Below, in pieces: positions 40,824 through 42,295 of a DNA stretch of 42,295 nt. The DNA is from Candidatus Kappaea frigidicola (GTDB lineage Bacteria; Omnitrophota; Gorgyraeia; JAGLLT01). Below the pieces are notes generated by a model. The model was not told the origin of the DNA and made no database searches. It saw only the letters and a program-made list of their open reading frames with translations. Positions within the stretch are counted from its first letter, which is position 1, and each line of letters begins with the position of its first letter. Location of the stretch: assembly GCA_030765555.1 (NCBI GenBank), contig JAVCCI010000027.1, positions 1 through 42,295 on the forward strand, given 5' to 3'. The position numbers and the translations under genes were made by a program.

Positions 40824-42212
40824 ATGTTATTTTCCAGGGTTGGTGAAGTGTTATCATCCATAGAAGGCGTACTTTTGGTTGCTGAAAATGAAGTAAAAGT
40901 TTTAGATGAGATGAAATTAAAGGATGAGCTTATTGAGAGTTTGGTCTATAACGCAGCTCTTTGCGAGAATGAGGATATAAAAGAGCTTTCTTGTTGGTTA
41001 ATTCGAAGTGCGGCTGAAGAATTAGGCATTGTTTGTTCTTCAATTCAAGGGTTGTATGAAGCTCGAGGTAGAGAAGAGTATAAGGATATGAGTGTTCCAG
41101 CAGTTAATTTAAGGGGTTTGACTTTTGATTTATCGCGGGCTCTTTTCAGATGCGGTCTTAAAAATAATTCACTGAGCTTTATTTTTGAAATAGCTAAATC
41201 AGAAATAGCTTATACTATGCAAGCTCCCTCTGAATATAGTGCAGTTATATTAGCTGCTGCTATAAAAGAAGGTTATAGGGGGCCGGTTTTTATTCAGGCA
41301 GACCACGTTCAAGTTAAAAGTAAAAATTTTATTGAAGATAGAGCTAAAGAAATAAACCTTTTAAAAGGTGTAATAAAAGAAGAATTAGATGCTGGATTTT
41401 ATAATATCGATATAGATTCTTCAACTTTAGTTGATCTTGATAAGCCAACTATAGATGAGCAACAAACTCATAACTATGAAGTTGCAGCAGAGCTTACCGA
41501 TTATATAAGAAATAATCAGCCGGCTGGAATTGAAGTATCAATTGGGGGAGAAATAGGTGAGGTTGGTTCTAAAAATTCTACTCCTGAAGAATTGAAGGCC
41601 TTTATGAATGGCTATAATAAAAAGCTTAAAGAAATCAATGCAAATGGCAAGGGTATAAGTAAGATAAGTGTTCAGACAGGCACTTCTCATGGAGGTGTCG
41701 TTTTAGCTGATGGCAGTGTGGCTGAGGTTAAAGTAGATTTTGATACCTTAGAGACGCTTTCAAGAATGGCTCGAGAAGATTATGGTTTGGGGGGAGCAGT
41801 TCAACATGGAGCTTCTACTTTGCCAAAGGAAGCGTTTAACAAGTTTGCCAAAACTGAAACTTTAGAAGTTCACTTAGCTACTGGTTTTCAAAATACAGTT
41901 TATGAAAGTAAAAATTTGCCTGATGGGCTTAAAAAAGATATTTACGATTATTTAAAGGCTGAATTAGCTTCCCAGAGAAAAGAGGGACAAACGGATGAGC
42001 AGTTTATATATAGCCTCAGAAAAAAGGGATTTGGGCCTTTCAAGAAAGCGTTTATGGATTTAGCTCAGAATATTAAAGATGATATTAGTGCGGAAGTAGA
42101 GGCGGAATTTGATTTTATTTTTAAACAAATGAATGCTATTAATAATAAGGAACTTGTTTTAAAGAATGTAGAGTTAATTAAGAGTAAAACTACTTGCCCG
42201 GTATCAATTTAG
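40824..42212 (+). CDS. Class II fructose-bisphosphate aldolase-like protein with N-terminal extension
   Basis: IQADH, EIGEVG, QTGTSHGG, VQHGAS; follows pfkA. Confidence 0.82.
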   Translation: MLFSRVGEVLSSIEGVLLVAENEVKVLDEMKLKDELIESLVYNAALCENEDIKELSCWLIRSAAEELGIVCSSIQGLYEARGREEYKDMSVPAVNLRGLTFDLSRALFRCGLKNNSLSFIFEIAKSEIAYTMQAPSEYSAVILAAAIKEGYRGPVFIQADHVQVKSKNFIEDRAKEINLLKGVIKEELDAGFYNIDIDSSTLVDLDKPTIDEQQTHNYEVAAELTDYIRNNQPAGIEVSIGGEIGEVGSKNSTPEELKAFMNGYNKKLKEINANGKGISKISVQTGTSHGGVVLADGSVAEVKVDFDTLETLSRMAREDYGLGGAVQHGASTLPKEAFNKFAKTETLEVHLATGFQNTVYESKNLPDGLKKDIYDYLKAELASQRKEGQTDEQFIYSLRKKGFGPFKKAFMDLAQNIKDDISAEVEAEFDFIFKQMNAINNKELVLKNVELIKSKTTCPVSI

Positions 42213-42295
42213 TATAAAATATTTATTTATCTTTATTTTGATGTTTTTGAAAGCATGATGAGACCAGCAATTGAAAATATTATATTTGCCAGCCA

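Noticed and set aside
42255-42295. Possible gene start MMRPAIENIIFAS at the window edge
   Set aside because: Too short to identify and no clear SD

Overview
AT-rich bacterial chromosomal window with every credible gene on the + strand. Gene content (PVC-type prepilins, LpxL-ELM1, GT4-GT9 and LptC-LptA fusions, B2-less PheT) suggests a PVC-superphylum organism such as Omnitrophota; this is inference. Order: split coaC/coaB; three prepilin-type genes; a free-standing LAGLIDADG gene overlapping tRNA-Cys; tRNA-Leu and tRNA-Val; thrS-infC(ATT start)-rpmI-rplT; an orphan ORF; pheS-pheT; 6S RNA; rarA; an LPS/Kdo/Lpt block; hpf-ptsN-yvcK-ptsH-ptsI without rpoN, hprK or rapZ; pgi/pmi, a nucleotidyltransferase, metK, ahcY, pfkA and a class II aldolase. 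The most unusual signal is intergenic. Six spacers carry one modular element made of 7-bp tandem-repeat arms in inverted orientation, studded with small REP-like hairpins. One copy encloses an unannotated 45-codon ORF that looks like an internally deleted four-helix-bundle (IVS/Avd-like) gene, a second is the same cassette with an empty loop, and two others carry the same inner module in opposite orientations. A second, unrelated palindromic repeat sits after pheS and at the usual rpoN position.
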